From Malacoraja senta (taxonomy: Eukaryota), in NCBI GenBank assembly GCA_038087875.1, contig JAXLNO010000656.1:1-64000 (forward strand): DNA of 64,000 nt. Reading direction: 5' to 3'. Of the stretch, positions 22,117 through 35,495 are shown piece by piece. Within the stretch, counting starts at the first letter, position 1; the number at the start of each line of letters is the position of its first letter. A model generated the notes under the pieces. It saw only the letters and a program-made list of their open reading frames with translations, was not told where the DNA came from and did no database searches. The translations under genes and the position numbers were made by a program.

Positions 22117-22439
22117 CTCAGAGGGGATAGAGCCTTCTCTGTTGCTGCTCCGGCACTCTGGAACACCCTGCCGTTGCACATCAGACAGGCCCCCTCACTG
22201 TCCATCTTCAAAACCAGTATTAAAACACATTTATATTCCTTGGCTTTTGACACTGCTTGAGACTTTGCTCCTGTTTTTAGTGCTTTTAATGTTTTTAATT
22301 TTATTGTTTTTACTCTTTTGTTTAATGTTTTTATTGTTATGTAATAATTTCTTGTCCATGATTAGTCATGTACAGCACTTTGTTGCAACTGTGGTTGTTT
22401 TTAAAGTGCTTTATAAATAAAGTTATTATTATTATTATT
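22117..22439 (+). mobile_element. L2-clade LINE 3' end
   Basis: RGDRAFSVAAPALWNTLPLHIRQAPSLSIFKTSIKTHLYSLAF*; (TTA)n tail; flanking ATACAG direct repeat (22111-22116, 22440-22445). Confidence 0.85.
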
Positions 22440-22544
22440 ATACAGATATCTCTGCAGTCTCTTGCTCCAGTGATGAGATAAATGAACAGATGCCATTGTG
22501 GTTGTTGCCTTGAAGTCTGTTATTTGTCATGTTTTTGTTCCTAT

Positions 22545-23225
22545 GAATCGAAGGATAGTGAATGTGACACCCTATTTAAGAAAGAAGGGCAAGAGATTAC
22601 AGCTGACTTGTTAGCCCAATATCAGTTGTAGGGAAAGCATTGAATTCTGTAAATCAGGCTGTAATTAAAATAAATGCCTTGAAATGTGAGAGGATTGAGC
22701 AGAGTGAACCTAGATTTATGAAAGGAAGATCCATGTCAAACTAATCTGCTGGAGTTGTTTGAGAATGTGACGAAGAACGAAAGTACTCAAGGTTGTGATG
22801 CATTGGGCTTTTCAGAGAACTTTCGATAAGTTCTTGCACAGAAAGATGGTCAATAAAGTTTGAGCACATGAAATTTGGTGTAATATGTTGACATGGATTG
22901 AGAAATGATTATCAAAAAGAAAACGGAATGGGGCAAAGCAAATCCTTTTCAGACTGGCAGGCAGTGGCTAGTGGGTATAGCAGTGATGTGCTTATGCTTC
23001 AGTTTTTCACGATCTGTAACAATGATTTGGCTGAGCGGGCTAAATGTCATATTTGCAAATTTGCTGATGATACTTGACAAGATGAGAGAGTGAATATGGA
23101 GGAAGGCTGTGAAAAGGTTTCAAAGGAATATGAACAGTTGACTGAGTGGGTAAGAATGTGGCAGGTAGAATATGGTGCAAAATAATGTGAGGTCATTTAC
23201 TTTGATGCACCAAGTAGAAATATTG
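22545..23225 (+). mobile_element. Highly degenerate CR1 RT fragment
   Basis: Resembles 19290-19960 (GGCAGGCAGTGGCTAGTGG, GCAAATTTGCTGATGATAC = KFADD). Confidence 0.65.
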
Positions 23226-23459
23226 CATTGTGGATTCACAAATTTTCGCTGTGCAACGACTCCAAGAAAAATGCAGGGACGAGGTCAAAATAGCATTAAT
23301 GGTCCTTTCCAGACTCATTAAAGACTTTGACTCCATCTGTTGGAAAGGTCTGTGCAGCATCCTCCTCAAATTTGAAGGCTGAACTCCAAGCTACTGTTGA
23401 CTCATTCACTGAAGTATATGAAAATATCCTCAAGACAATAGTGAAACATCAGACTACAG

Positions 23460-23846
23460 GACAAAGGACAAGGACAAAGGACATTTATTGTCACATACAC
23501 CAATTGGTGCAGTGAAATTTGAGTTACCATGCAGCACACAAAAAAAGATAAACACAACATTATAGAATTTAACATTAAACATAAAAACATAAAAACATCC
23601 CCCCACAGCGGAATCAACATTTCCCACTGTGAGGGAAGGCAACAAAGTTCAGTCCTCTTCCTCTTGTTCACCCGTGGTCGGGGCCTATAGAGGCCTCCGC
23701 AGTCGCCGCAGCGGCGGCCCGTTGTTTCAGGCTCTCTAGCCCGATGATGGAACTCCGGTGTCGGAAGAACACTCTCAGTGGCTTGGAGTTCCAAATCGGC
23801 TGCTTCCTACTGGAGACTGTGGCTCCCAAAGTCCACAGGCCTTCAT
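23460..23846 (-). mobile_element. Unclassified short retroposon (SINE or LINE 3' end) with (CCTTTGT)-type tail
   Basis: The minus strand ends AATAAATGTCCTTTGTCCTTGTCCTTTGTCC. CpG-rich body; possible CTACAG flanking repeat. Confidence 0.5.
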
Positions 23847-23849
23847 CTA

Positions 23850-23965
23850 CAGATGCATGTCTTTCGTGATGTGGGAGGAGACTCGAGCACCCGGAGGAAA
23901 CCCACACAGTCATAGGGAGAACGAGCAAACTTCATACAGATGGTACCTGTGGTCAGGATCCAACT
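23850..23965 (-). mobile_element. V-SINE-like core fragment
   Basis: The minus strand reads GTGGGTTTCCTCCGGGTGCTCGAGTCTCCTCCCACATC, matching the core at 27690-27735. Confidence 0.7.
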
Positions 23966-25419
23966 TAGGGGACATGGTTGATGAAATTCACCATTGCTTC
24001 AAAGTTCCAGCACAACCTTTTTTTTGATGAATATGATATTTGAAGATAATGACCTTACACGTGACTCAAGACACATGGCCTATTGGGCAGTGGTCATCCC
24101 TGCCCACTGTATGTTTATGAGACCTGGGTTCCTCCAGTGAAAGGATAGCAACAACTTTAAAAATCCTGTACATTCATTGAAAGCATAAAGGAATGAATGT
24201 CAGTGCCCTATTCCATGCCAACATCCTGAGCACTGCGCCCTATTTATTCTTAGTTGGCTATTTTGGGCGGATTATAAAATTCCCCTGCCCAGCAACCAGA
24301 CTCCTCACATACAAATCCTCATTGGAAAAATTCAGCATCCACACCGATTGCTGGAAATCTCTGGCCCATTTCTGCTCAGTGGAGATGGAGCATTTTGCAT
24401 AATATTGCTCTCCAGAAGCCCATGTATTGGGAAAGGCAGAGGTGGAATAGGGAGCGGGAAATACTGTCCACCTGCCTATTCCACCAGGCACCTCTCCCAT
24501 CTATGAAGAGGCTGCAGTTTCCATTTTGTCATGAGTCTTCTGAACCATTATGCTAAAGTGGAAAGTAGTTATCCTCAATCCTGAGGATTGCTAGCGAAAA
24601 AGGAAGGTTTATCTGAGTACAGTATATTGAGAATTCTGAGCGAATGTAAAATAATTTATTTTCTGTGCTTGGATTGAATATGCTTTTCATCTACACACCA
24701 ATTATATTGATTAGTTGTTCTTGGAGCAATATAAAACGCAGCCATGTTCTTACATTGTGTTCTGACCTCAATAACATACCAGTGATAAAATATTAGCCTA
24801 TTGTTGTAAGTAACCTACCTTCAGATTCCTTGTTGCTTTCAAAATGGTAAGAAATGAACTGCCAATATCATTTTCTCCACTTGTGAGATGTGTTTGTAGT
24901 TGGTTTGAATTTATTGTGATAGATCCTCTTATCAGTCTGTGTGTTCTTTTGACAAGTGTTGGTGTTGAGATGTTTGCTACAATCTAAAAAGAAAGCAAAT
25001 AATTTTGATGAAACTTTGAATCCATATGCTCAGACTACGTTTATTTCCTTTCTGGTTTGATTTAAACCTCCTATTTCATCATTACAATAGAATGATGAAC
25101 ATCTTAAGACGATTAGGATGTGGACAATATTCACAAACTGCATTTTTTCTTTGCATAGTCTGCTCAGTAATGTTTCTGAAACTTGTGTTGTCCTTTGTGT
25201 GGTGAAAAGCCACAGCCTGAATGCATCTCACATGACAAATAATGCAGAATTTGTAGTATTGGTGTGGATCTTTGAGTTGTAGCAGCAGACTCCCAAGTGA
25301 ATTCATTGCATTAATGTGATTTATGATATTAGAGAGTTGATGGTTAAGAAATTAATCAATTTTCAGCAGGCCACCGAACTCGACTAAATTGTCAACTGCT
25401 TTTCCAATTTAAAGCATTG

Positions 25420-25975
25420 GACAACGAAACTTTCTCCTAAATATTTTAATGTATTGAGTACATCTTTATTCTTACCCTTAAATTCTCTTGTAGTAAAGGC
25501 CAACATACCATTTGCATTCTTAACTGGCTGTTGTGCTCGCTTATTAGCTGGCAGTGACATATGTGCAAGGATATCCAAGTCCCTTTGAGCAGCATTTTGT
25601 TTTAAAAAATATTTTTTTTTTCTCATTAGATGTGGATAACCTCACCTTTTTCTACTTAGTCTTTCATCTGTCATGATGCCTTGTCCATATCCCTTGAAAC
25701 CTTTCGGTATCCTCATCTCTGCCACATTCCCACTTAATTTTGTGTCATCAACAAATATGGAATTCTTACATTTGGTCTCCTCAGCCAAATTGTTGATACA
25801 GATTGTGAATAGTTGGAGCACGAGCACCAGTTCCTACAGCACGCCATCAGTCACAGCCTGTCAACAGATGAAGGATCTGTTTAATCCTTGTCTTTGTCTT
25901 TTCTATCTTTTAACTAAGTCATGGTCTTTGCCAGTGCATTTCCCCTAATTATACGTATTCTAACTTTGTTCACCC
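25420..25975 (-). mobile_element. Degenerate CR1 RT fragment
   Basis: Minus-strand ORFs QLFTICINNL...SIFVDDTKLSG and VKNANGMLAF. Confidence 0.7.
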
Positions 25976-26203
25976 AATACATAGTACAAACTCAAGTACA
26001 TAGTTCCCTGGAATGGTGTCACAGGTGAACACGATGATGAAAAAAGCTCATGGCGCACAGGCCTGAGTTGTACAAGGCATGAGTGAGGCAACGTTGGGAT
26101 TATTATGCTCAGTTTTGTTCATCCTGCTTTAGAAAGGTTGCCATTAAACTGGAAAGAGTGCAAAAATAATTTATGAGGAAGTTGCCAGGACTTGAAGGAC
26201 TGA

Positions 26204-26762
26204 AAGGCCTGTCTCACGAGTCTGTGGTAATTGGCGGCAAAACGGGAAGAATCTGCCGCCATAGACCGCGCACTCGTGAGAACGCACTCGTGAGAACGCA
26301 CGGTGCTAAAATAAAACCTACACTGTTGAAAAATATTTTCCTACCGCACAGCCTCCACCAGTGATGCACGAGTGCGGCACGGCCGCCGCCACAGCCGCCG
26401 CCAGTGTGGCTCGAGCGCCGTGCGTCGAACTTGCACCGTCACAGCCTCCGGCAGTGAGGCACGTGTGCGGCACGGCCGCTGGCACAGCCACCGCTACAGC
26501 GCCGCGATCAGGACGGCCGCCGCCACAGCCGCCGCTTGTGAGTCACGTGCGGCGGGCCGACGTCATCGCAGTCGGCCCGCCCTTTTTTTTACTTACCGCA
26601 AGCACGTGGGACCAGACGTATTTGAATCACTCGGCCCCCGCGCAGCATCCGTGCGGCGCTCCCGTGGCATAGGCTCGGCGCTCTCGCCGTTGCCGTGCGG
26701 TCCACTCTACAGGCGAAGCCGCGCTTCACCGCCGATGACCGCAAACACGTAAGACAGAGCCT
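26204..26762. mobile_element. GC-rich Harbinger-type MITE
   Basis: Imperfect TIRs AAGGCCTGTCTCACG / CGTAAGACAGAGCCT, flanked by TGA/TAA. The host CR1 is restored on removal. Internal GTGCGGCACGGCCG / CACAGCCGCCG repeats. Confidence 0.72.
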
Positions 26763-27108
26763 TAAGTTACAGAGAGAGGTGGGGAAGCCTGAGACTTTTT
26801 CTTGGAGCATAGAAGGCTGAGGATTGATCTGAAATTATGAGGGTCATAGATAGAGTGAATCCATATTCTTTTTCCCAATATTGAGGAAGAAAGAACAAGA
26901 TAGAATAGGTCTAAAATAGCGACCTGAGGAGCAATATTTTCACACAGAGGGTGCTACGTACATGCACTGAGCTGCCGGAAGAAGTGTTGATGGCAGGTAC
27001 TATAACAACATTTAAAAGATATTTGGACAGGTACATGGATAACATGAGAGGGATATGGGCCAAAAGCAATACAAATGGACTAGTATTGATGGACATCTTG
27101 GTCAGTAC

Positions 27109-27455
27109 AACAGATGGCGCAATGGGCTAAGTGTTCGGCTGGCAACCGGAAGGTAGCCGGTTCGAATCCCGCTTGGAGTGCATACTGTCGTTGTGTCCTT
27201 GGGCAAGACACTTCACCCACCTTTGCCTGCGTGTGAATGTGTGTGAATGTGTGTGAGTGATTGGTGGTGGTCGGAGGGGCCGTAGGCGCAGATTCGCAGC
27301 CACGCTTCCGTCAGTCTGCCCCAGGGCAGCTGTGGCTACAGAAGTAGCTCACCACCACCGAGTGTGACTGAGGAGTGAATGAATAATGCGATGTAAAGCG
27401 CCTTGAGTATTAGAAAGGCGCTATATAAATCCCATCCATTATTATTATTAGTAGT
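27109..27455 (+). mobile_element. Young tRNA-derived SINE with L2-type tail
   Basis: A box TGGCGCAATGG; B box GGTTCGAATCC; core GTGTCCTTGGGCAAGACACTT; tail TGTAAAGCGCCTTGAG...AAAGGCGCTATATAAAT...(TTA)n; AGTAC flanking repeat. Confidence 0.85.
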
Positions 27456-27584
27456 AGTACTGGACTATAGGGCCTGTTTCCATGCTGTGTGATTCTATGA
27501 CACTATTCCTACTGGAATCTCATTGAAAACCTATTGTAAATCCAAATACATCAGGCCTACAAGATTTCCTCTCATTTACTCAAT

Positions 27585-27914
27585 GGGGGCACAGTGGCAC
27601 AGCTTGTAGATGTCTTACAGCATCAGAGACCTGGGTTTGATCCTGACCTCGGGTTCTGCCTGTGTGGAGTTTGCATGTTCTTCCTGTGACTGCCTGGGTT
27701 TCCTCCGGGTGCTCCGGGTTCCTCTCTCATCCCCAAGACATGCAGGTTTGTAGCTTCATTGGCGTCTGTCAAATTGCCCCTCGTGTGTAAGGAGTAAATG
27801 TGTAAATGAGATAACATAGAACTTGTGAATGGGTGATCAATGGTCAGTCAGCATGGTCACTGTGGGCTGAAGGGCCTGTTTCCATGCTATATCTCTAAAC
27901 TAAAACTAAATTAA
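27585..27914 (+). mobile_element. V-SINE/HE1-like tRNA SINE with CR1-type tail
   Basis: GGCACAGTGGCACAGC...GGGTTTGATCCTGACC...TGTGTGGAGTTTGCATGTTCT...GGGTTTCCTCCGGGTGCTCC; tail GGGCCTGTTTCC...(CTAAA)n. Confidence 0.85.
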
Positions 27915-29501
27915 AGTAACCAACTCAACTAGATGCATCCTCAAAGAACTCTGATAAATCACTCAAACGTAATTACTCAATCACTGTACTAAGAAGTAGT
28001 GATATCATGCACTTTATTAATGATTGCAGCGTTTTCCCAAACACAGATGTAAGACTAACAGATTGGTCGTTCACTATTCTCTCTTCCTTTTTTAAAAAGG
28101 ATTGCACTTCTTCTCCAATCTACAAGAACCATGTTGGAAGATAATAATGAGAGCAACTAATAATTGATCTAACCATAACTAATCTCTTTCAAAACTCTGG
28201 ATGTAGAACTGCATGTCCTTTAGAAATCAATAGAATTTTAGTGTTTTCCTAAGAGAGGATTTTGATCGTAAAAATGAATGTTTCCTTGCTCGTGAGTAGT
28301 AATTCAACATACAGTAATTCATTGATGGGTATAAAGGCTTTGCTTATAAAAGGACAATTTATGCATTGGTCAATTTAAATTGGTTTCATTCCATTTAATC
28401 CCATAAATCATTTTTTAATTGATTTGTCAGAAAGCATTGTTAATTCCATCAGCAAAGCAAGACTAATCTCCTGTTGTTACACTGGTTTCCGAACTGCCCC
28501 ATGCTAGTCAATGGTCAGTTGCCTGACTCACCCAGCACAGGTGAACTGCAAATAGCTCAACACAGCTGCAGTTCTTTTGATCAGCAACCCTTATAAAAAT
28601 TATATCCTGATTGCTTGTTCATTATGTAATTGTGGCTGTGCCTTCCTCTGATGAAATTTGAGGTGTATTTCAGAGGCAATGCTCACCAGTTAAGTGGTCG
28701 GCAGCCTTCTGTGTAAACAGAAGATTAGCAGTGTTTTGCTGCTTCAAAGTGTTTTTCTTTCTGGCCACTAATGTCAGAAGAAGCTGGGTAAGTAGAATCC
28801 TCTGAATGCCAAAGAAGAGAGTGTACATGTTCACGTGTATGCTTTCATGCAAATGTGATTATTCCTACTCCATGCTATTAATGGGAAATAGTTCATTTAA
28901 TTTAAATGCATTTGCCTCTCCAACTCTGCTGGTCTGCATTTTTCTCTGACGTCTACTTCCCTATCCTGCCCCACCCACCTTTTTACTATCTCCTCTTGCT
29001 CTGCATCATCTCTACCCACCTGTTCTGTCTTTTCCCAATCCCTCCATTCTGCTGTTCTCCCCATTCAGCCATTTAACCCATCTATCCCATCACTCTATCT
29101 CTCCCATCTCCTGATGTATCTCCTACATAGCTTCCAATTCTGCCTCTGCAAGGTATCCGTTTGCTAGTCTCTGCAATAATTGAGCTGTATATTCACAGTG
29201 AAGGGAAGGGGAAAAGGGCAGAGTGGGATCAATTATTTTTCTAGATATTTTTCTAACATTATAGCTGAGTTTTTTGCCATGCGGGCTTAAGTCTGTGTTA
29301 CACTCTGGGACATCCACATAGATAAGCGAGTCATTCCTGTTAGAGGCCTGTATCACCACTGTCGTTCTGGTGCGATATTTCCATTCTTAAAAATTTAAGA
29401 GAACTACAGAAGCTTCAATAATATAGTAAAATATTTCCAGAGTGATTCTTGAAGTTTGCTGTACTGTAAATGTATCTGAATTCTTGCTTTTCCCTCTTCA
29501 G

Positions 29502-29537
29502 GGAGTTTGATGTTGGACTGCACCGCTGGCTGGTTCG
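29502..29537 (+). CDS. HHAT: HHAT 36-nt coding microexon (phase 2 to 2): (R)EFDVGLHRWLV(R)
   Basis: Acceptor TTCTTGCTTTTCCCTCTTCAG| and donor CG|GTAAGG. Joins in frame to 7824-7974, giving ...FTGTWR-EFDVGLHRWLVR (human as recalled: ...FTGMWR-YFDVGLHNFLIR). Confidence 0.92.
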
Positions 29538-32500
29538 GTAAGGCACAGCTTTTTAAAGTTTTATTTTCTCTCGGCTGACAAAATTTATTTTTCTCCAGTG
29601 GGTCCAGGGAATTGTAGATTCATGCACAAATCCTTGTCTTAATATTTTATGTCATGCATTGTGATGTGGAAACAAGTGAAAATTGCCATTTTCAAATCGG
29701 AAGCATCAGTACTGAAAACAATGCATTTTCTTTTAATGATTGAATATTATATTGAAGTTCCTGAAAGCGTGGTTTAAAATGATCCAGTTGATTAGTTTTG
29801 ATATAGTGTCTTATTTTCTTAATTTGCAGCCTTGTTTGCTCAGACGTTTTCCCAGATCACATTTCATTTCACTCACATTAAGCTGATGTGAGTCTATAGG
29901 TTTGCACTGACCTGTTCTGACAGTATATTCCTGCAGGGTCATATGCTGATACTTTGCCCTGTGTTCCTGTGCCGATGTTGTCTTTTTCGATTGGAAAATT
30001 TGTCAACTGATTTCCTGTTACATCCATCATTTGAAATTACTTGACATTCTAAATTTGCCCTTGTATGTGCAAGGAATGCAGTGTATGCAGACAATGATTT
30101 TGACCCTCATTTGAATATTTTATGTAAACTGTATGTTTCTATTTCCAAGTTCCTGCAAACAGCAGGTATTGCAAACAGATTAACCTGTGTCTGCAGAATT
30201 TGTATATTCAAGAATGCAGGTCAAAAGCCTACTTAATGCTACCTGCTCTTCTGAAATAGACACAAAATGCTGGAGTAACTCAGCGGACATGCAGCATCTC
30301 TGGAGAATCTCTGCTATTCTGAATCAGGCGTATTAATTGCACTGTATATTGGCTGAATGCATCAGCTGGATTCCATAGGCAAGTCCCAACAAAGGTTAGA
30401 CTGCTTTTTAAAGCCAAGTGGAAAAGAGGATGCGTTCTGTGTCTAGAAGTCCTGAAGCAATCGAGACACAGCGGGTAGGAACATCAGGGAGCAGTGGAGG
30501 ATAATGCCTGGAGTGTGGCTCTTGGTTGGAATGTTACAAGATGTTCAGTGACCTCGCGTAAGTGATTAAGATCATTAAATCCATTTTCAAATGCCACATT
30601 CTTCCAATTGCACCAGTAATCCTTTAATTCACCACTCAACACAAAACTATGAATTAGGACTCACACCCAAGCATCCATCCATCACAATACCCTGTCCTTG
30701 CACATGTGTAATCCATATCTTGCAGCTTAAGCACAGTGCCAGCCAGTGAACCAAGAATGTCAGCATCCAGACATATTGCACAACACTCATTGAAACACTT
30801 CTTTACCTCCATCAGGACTAGTTGGTACAAAAACAGAGGCAGTGGAAGATATCTGAAGGAATAGAAGTCCATCTGCAAGGCCTAAATCTCGTGAAGGAAG
30901 TGGTTTGATCATTGGAAAATTTGCAAAAGCCATGGGAGGAAGTGAGACCGAAGATGATGGATTCTTATCCCATCTTCCTACTTGCATCTTGCCTTGCTCT
31001 TATCCCACTTTTTCACTCCCCTTCTCCCCCCCCCCCTCTCCCCCACCACCCACCCATCTGTCCTGGCACCCAATCTTGCATTTGCCCCTGTTTCATTTCT
31101 GACACCTAAAACTGCAGCCTGGGCAGGACAAGGATAACACTCTGTTCAGAATTGTTATACTATGTTTGTGCTGACACTTGAGGTATAGCATAGAGACAGG
31201 AACTACACATGATAGGACATGGGCATGGATTATCAGCAGCCTGGGCAGTGGTATGGAGGATTAAGGGGTAATTTTGTGGAGGGAATGATTTTTGTTTGCG
31301 TCTTGTCATGTGGATACCTTGGTTGAAGGTACAGTTGGTATTGGCAACAAAGTAATTTGCGTCTCAGAAAATCTTCATTGACAGATTCTGGCACTGACTT
31401 GGCACCAAGCAAGGATTCTATTATTGTGGGGTGCAGGACACATCCATTCACATACTTATGGAGTATCAGACACAGCAGCTGAATACTGGAGCTCAAGAAC
31501 CCAAATTTTATGTGCTGCAATGGAAGCTTTGACTCTTTTTATGCTCCACATCTACAAATATAAATTAACTTCCCATTGAAATAGAGACACGAGACTGCAG
31601 ATGTTGAAATCTGGAGCAAAAAAATAAACTGTTGGAGGAAATCCAAGAGATTCAAGCAGCATCTGTTGGGGTAAGGATGTGGCGAAGGAGCGATCTTAGA
31701 TTAGTAGAGTTTTCAATGCAACTATCAAGTCTTACAAAAAACTTTAAGGATTTTAAAACAGGTTTAAAATTGCATCACTGCCATTTCACCATCCAAATGG
31801 TAACAGAATGGATCATGAAAATATAGCATAATTATCATTGATAATGCTTTTAATTGAGGACCAAACTATAAATATCCACTTTCCAGTGTTCAATCCTGGG
31901 TAGTGGTGAAATAATACAAAAGTAGTAGGCAATATATAGAGTGATAATAATAATAATAAAGTTAATTGATTCACTCTTTGTATTTCAATGCTAATCTTAT
32001 TAACGGAATGATCATTAAGTTCTATGTTCTTACTGTGCTGGTGGGTTGAATTATATATAGTTAAAGTATAGAAGGAGGCCATTTGGCCGATTATGTCTGT
32101 GTGGGGTGTTCCATTCTCTGGTCTTCTTTCCGTCGCCATGTTTGTTTTTTCCTCGATCATATTATGCAATTCTCCTGTGATTGCCACACTGGAGCCTGCC
32201 TCTACCACATCTGTATGCTGTGATAGCAAATTTCAAATATAGGCTGTATTTAAAAAAAAGTTTATTTTCATGACACTCTCAATTTGCCTCCCCTTGATAT
32301 TTGTGACCTTTATTCCTCAAACCCTCCATCAAAGGAAATGGCTTCTTACAGCTGCAACTGTCCAGGCCTCTCATCATTTTATACACTAAAATCAGATCTC
32401 TGCTCAGAATGTAAAAGGTCCCTGCCTCTCAATTCAAACATTGCAACTGTGATGCCTCATTCCATGATCTCAAGATTCCTGTAAATCTTTTCTAGGCCCC

Positions 32501-33624
32501 TTTTAGTGCTTTCACATCCTCTTATAATGTGGTCACTGGAATTAATGCAATAGTTGATGCCAGACCAAGGTTTGTAAGGTTTCAGCATAATGTTCCTGCA
32601 TAAAAGGGCATTACAAGGGATAGTGGCACCTAAGGGAATAGGCAGTAATATTCAGTGGTGAGTGCATGCCTGCATTAAAATGTAATTTCTATTCTTAATT
32701 ATTTTATACGGTTTGTGGGATCAGCATTTATTAGTGTATGAATCAAATCACAGTCATGAAATACTGAACACATTTGAATTGTAATCAGAGAGAATTTATC
32801 TCTTGATTTAGTTTACATTACTTCTATTAAATTATGTTGTACAGAAATATCCTTTGCCATTCTGCATGCGATAATCTGAATAGCACAGCAATATGCACAG
32901 AAAAAAACACTTTCACCCTGTCGATTTACAACGGATCCATGAAGAATTTAATGTTTTCCAAAGTAAACTAAAGAAATTTACTTTAACCAATTTAAAATCT
33001 GTTTAATTTCCACGATTCTCTACTGCTGATATCCAAAGCCTCTGGTGCTCACTGCACAGTTCTGTTCCCATGCAGCTAACCAGCTCTCATGAGTTTTATC
33101 GTGCACTGGAATGGGTTTTTCTTATAGAAATTAATACACAGTGATCCAAAGTCATTTAAAACTCGATTCTGGCAGTTTGAGGATGAATTTGTTGATTATT
33201 ACTATTACAATATTTAAAAGATATTTGCACAAGGTCATCGATATAAAAGCTTTAGAGGAATATGAATTTGTTTATTTTCATGGCTCCATAGTTTTACTAA
33301 TGCTTGCAGTATAACTGGACATAATTAAATAATGTTTATTGAAATAATAGATTTTTAAAGATTTTACTTGATTTATCAAAATAGGTTCTGTCAATTTAAC
33401 ATTGCTAGAAGAGTTATCATTGGCACTGTACCTACCCTGACTGTATTCTAAGTAACTGGTCCAATAATGAGCCATTGATTTATAATAAATAATAGTTGAA
33501 TTTATTCATAGCATTTTTTTTCATCATAGTCGTAATGATCTGTGCACTAAATATTATTTTGCAATGCTATTAACTAGGTATATGCAAAGCCATTTTTAAT
33601 CATGAACATTCTTCAAACAATTAA

Positions 33625-35495
33625 AAGAACATAGAACAGTACAACACAAGAATAGGCCTTTCGGCCCATAGTGTTTGTGCCAAACATGATACAAATTTGA
33701 TCTCTTATCTACCTGCACATAATCCATATCCATATGCCTATCCAGTGGTCTCATAAATGTCACTATTATATCTGCCACAACTGCCAAACCTGGCAGTGCA
33801 TTCCAGGCACTCACCACCCTCCGTATAAAGTTGCCCCATGGATCTCCTTGAAACTTTGCCCGTCTCATCTTAAACCTATCAAGCCTCTTTGTCCCTCTCA
33901 TCTTAAACCTTTGCCGCTCTCATCTTAAACCTCCAAGTTTGCAGATGACACAATGCTGGGTGGCAGTGTAAGCTGCGAGGAGGATGCTATGAGGCTGCGG
34001 GATGACTTGGATAGGTTGGGTGAGTGGGCAGATGCATGGCAGATGCAGTATAATGTGGATAAATGTGAGGTTATCCACTTTGGTGGCAAGAACAAGAAAG
34101 CAGATTATTATCTGAATGGTGTCAGATTAGGAAAAGGAGAGATGCAACGAGACCTGGGTGTCCTTGTACGTCAGTCAATGAAAGTAAGCATGTGGCAGTG
34201 AAGAAAGCAAATGGCATGTTGGCCTTCATAGCAAGAGGATTTGAGTATAGGAGCAACTGCAGTTGTACAGGGCCCTGGTGAGACCTTACCTGGAGTATTG
34301 TGTGCAGTTTTTATCTCCTAATTTGAGGAAGGACATTCTTGCTATTGAGGGAGTGCAGCGTAGGTTCACCAGGTTAATTCCAGGGATGGCGGGACTGAAA
34401 TATGATGAAAGAATGGATCAACTGGGCTTATATTCATTGGAATTTAGAAGGGTGAGAAGGAATCTTATAGAAACATATAAAATTCTTAAGGGATTGGACA
34501 GACTAGATGCAGGAAAAATGTTCCGGATGTTGGGGGAGTCCAGAACCAGGGGTCACAGTTTAAGATTAGGGGATAGGCCTTTTAGGACTGAGAGAAAGTA
34601 AAACATTTTCACCCAGAGAGTTGTGAATCTATGGAATTATCTGCCACAGAAGGCAGTGGAGGCCAATTCACTGAATGTTTTCAAGAGAGAGTTAGATGCA
34701 GCTCTTAGGGCTAATGGAATCAAGGGATATGGGGAGAAAGCAGGAATGGGGTACTGGTTTTGGATGATCAGCCATAAGTTCATAAGTGTTAGGGGCGGAA
34801 TTGGGCCATTCGGCCCTTCAACTCTATACCACTATTCAATCAAAGCTGATTTATCTTTTTCTCTTAACGCCATTCTCCTGCCTTCTCCCCATAACCCTAA
34901 CACCTATACTAATCAATAATCTATTTATCTCTGCCTGAAAAATATCCATTAACTTGGCCTCCACAGTCTTCTGTGGCAATTATTTCCACAGATTCACCAC
35001 CCTCTGACTAAAGAAACTCCTCATCTCCTTCCTAAAGGAACGTCCTTTAATTATGAGGCTATGACCTTTGGTCCCAGACTCTCCCACAAGTGGAAACATC
35101 CTCTCCACTTCAACTCTATCCAGGCCTTTCACTATTTGTTAAGTTTCAATTAGGACCCCCTCATCCTTCTAAACTCCAGCGAGTAGAGGCCCAGTGCCAT
35201 CAAACGCTCATCATATATTAACCCACTCATTTCTAGGATCATTCTCATAAACCTCCTCTGGGCCCTCACCAATGCCAGCATATCCTTCCTCAGATATGGG
35301 GCCCAAAATTGCTTAATCCTGGGGAAAAAGATTCTGACTGTCTTCTCTATCTATGTCTCTCATAATTTGAAAAACGTCTATCAGGTCTCCTTGCAACCTC
35401 TTCTAGAGGAAACAATCCAAGTCTGTCCAACCTCCAAACTGCATGCAATACTCCAAATGCAGCCTAAGCAAAGTCCTATAAGACTGTATTATGAA
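33625..35495. mobile_element. Cluster of three nested CR1 fragments: 33625-33930(-) resuming at ~35315-35495, 33935-34775(+), 34776-35312(-)
   Basis: ORFs 33953-34201, 34263-34601 and 34623-34919 carry CR1 RT and C-terminal motifs; minus-strand tails at 33628 and 34776. Confidence 0.85.

Larger units (their letters stand above)
25990..27500 (+). mobile_element. Degenerate CR1 3' portion hosting a MITE and a SINE
   Basis: AAACTGGAAAGAGTGCAAAAA...GCCAGGACTTGAAGGAC and the CR1 tail GGGCCTGTTTCCATGCTG. Confidence 0.7.

Noticed and set aside
26361..26752. Ala/Arg-rich ORFs and an apparent CpG-island promoter
   Set aside because: They lie entirely within a GC-rich MITE bounded by TIRs inside a CR1.
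27113..27185. Functional tRNA gene
   Set aside because: A and B boxes are present, but it continues into a SINE body and LINE-derived tail with no Pol III terminator or convincing acceptor stem.
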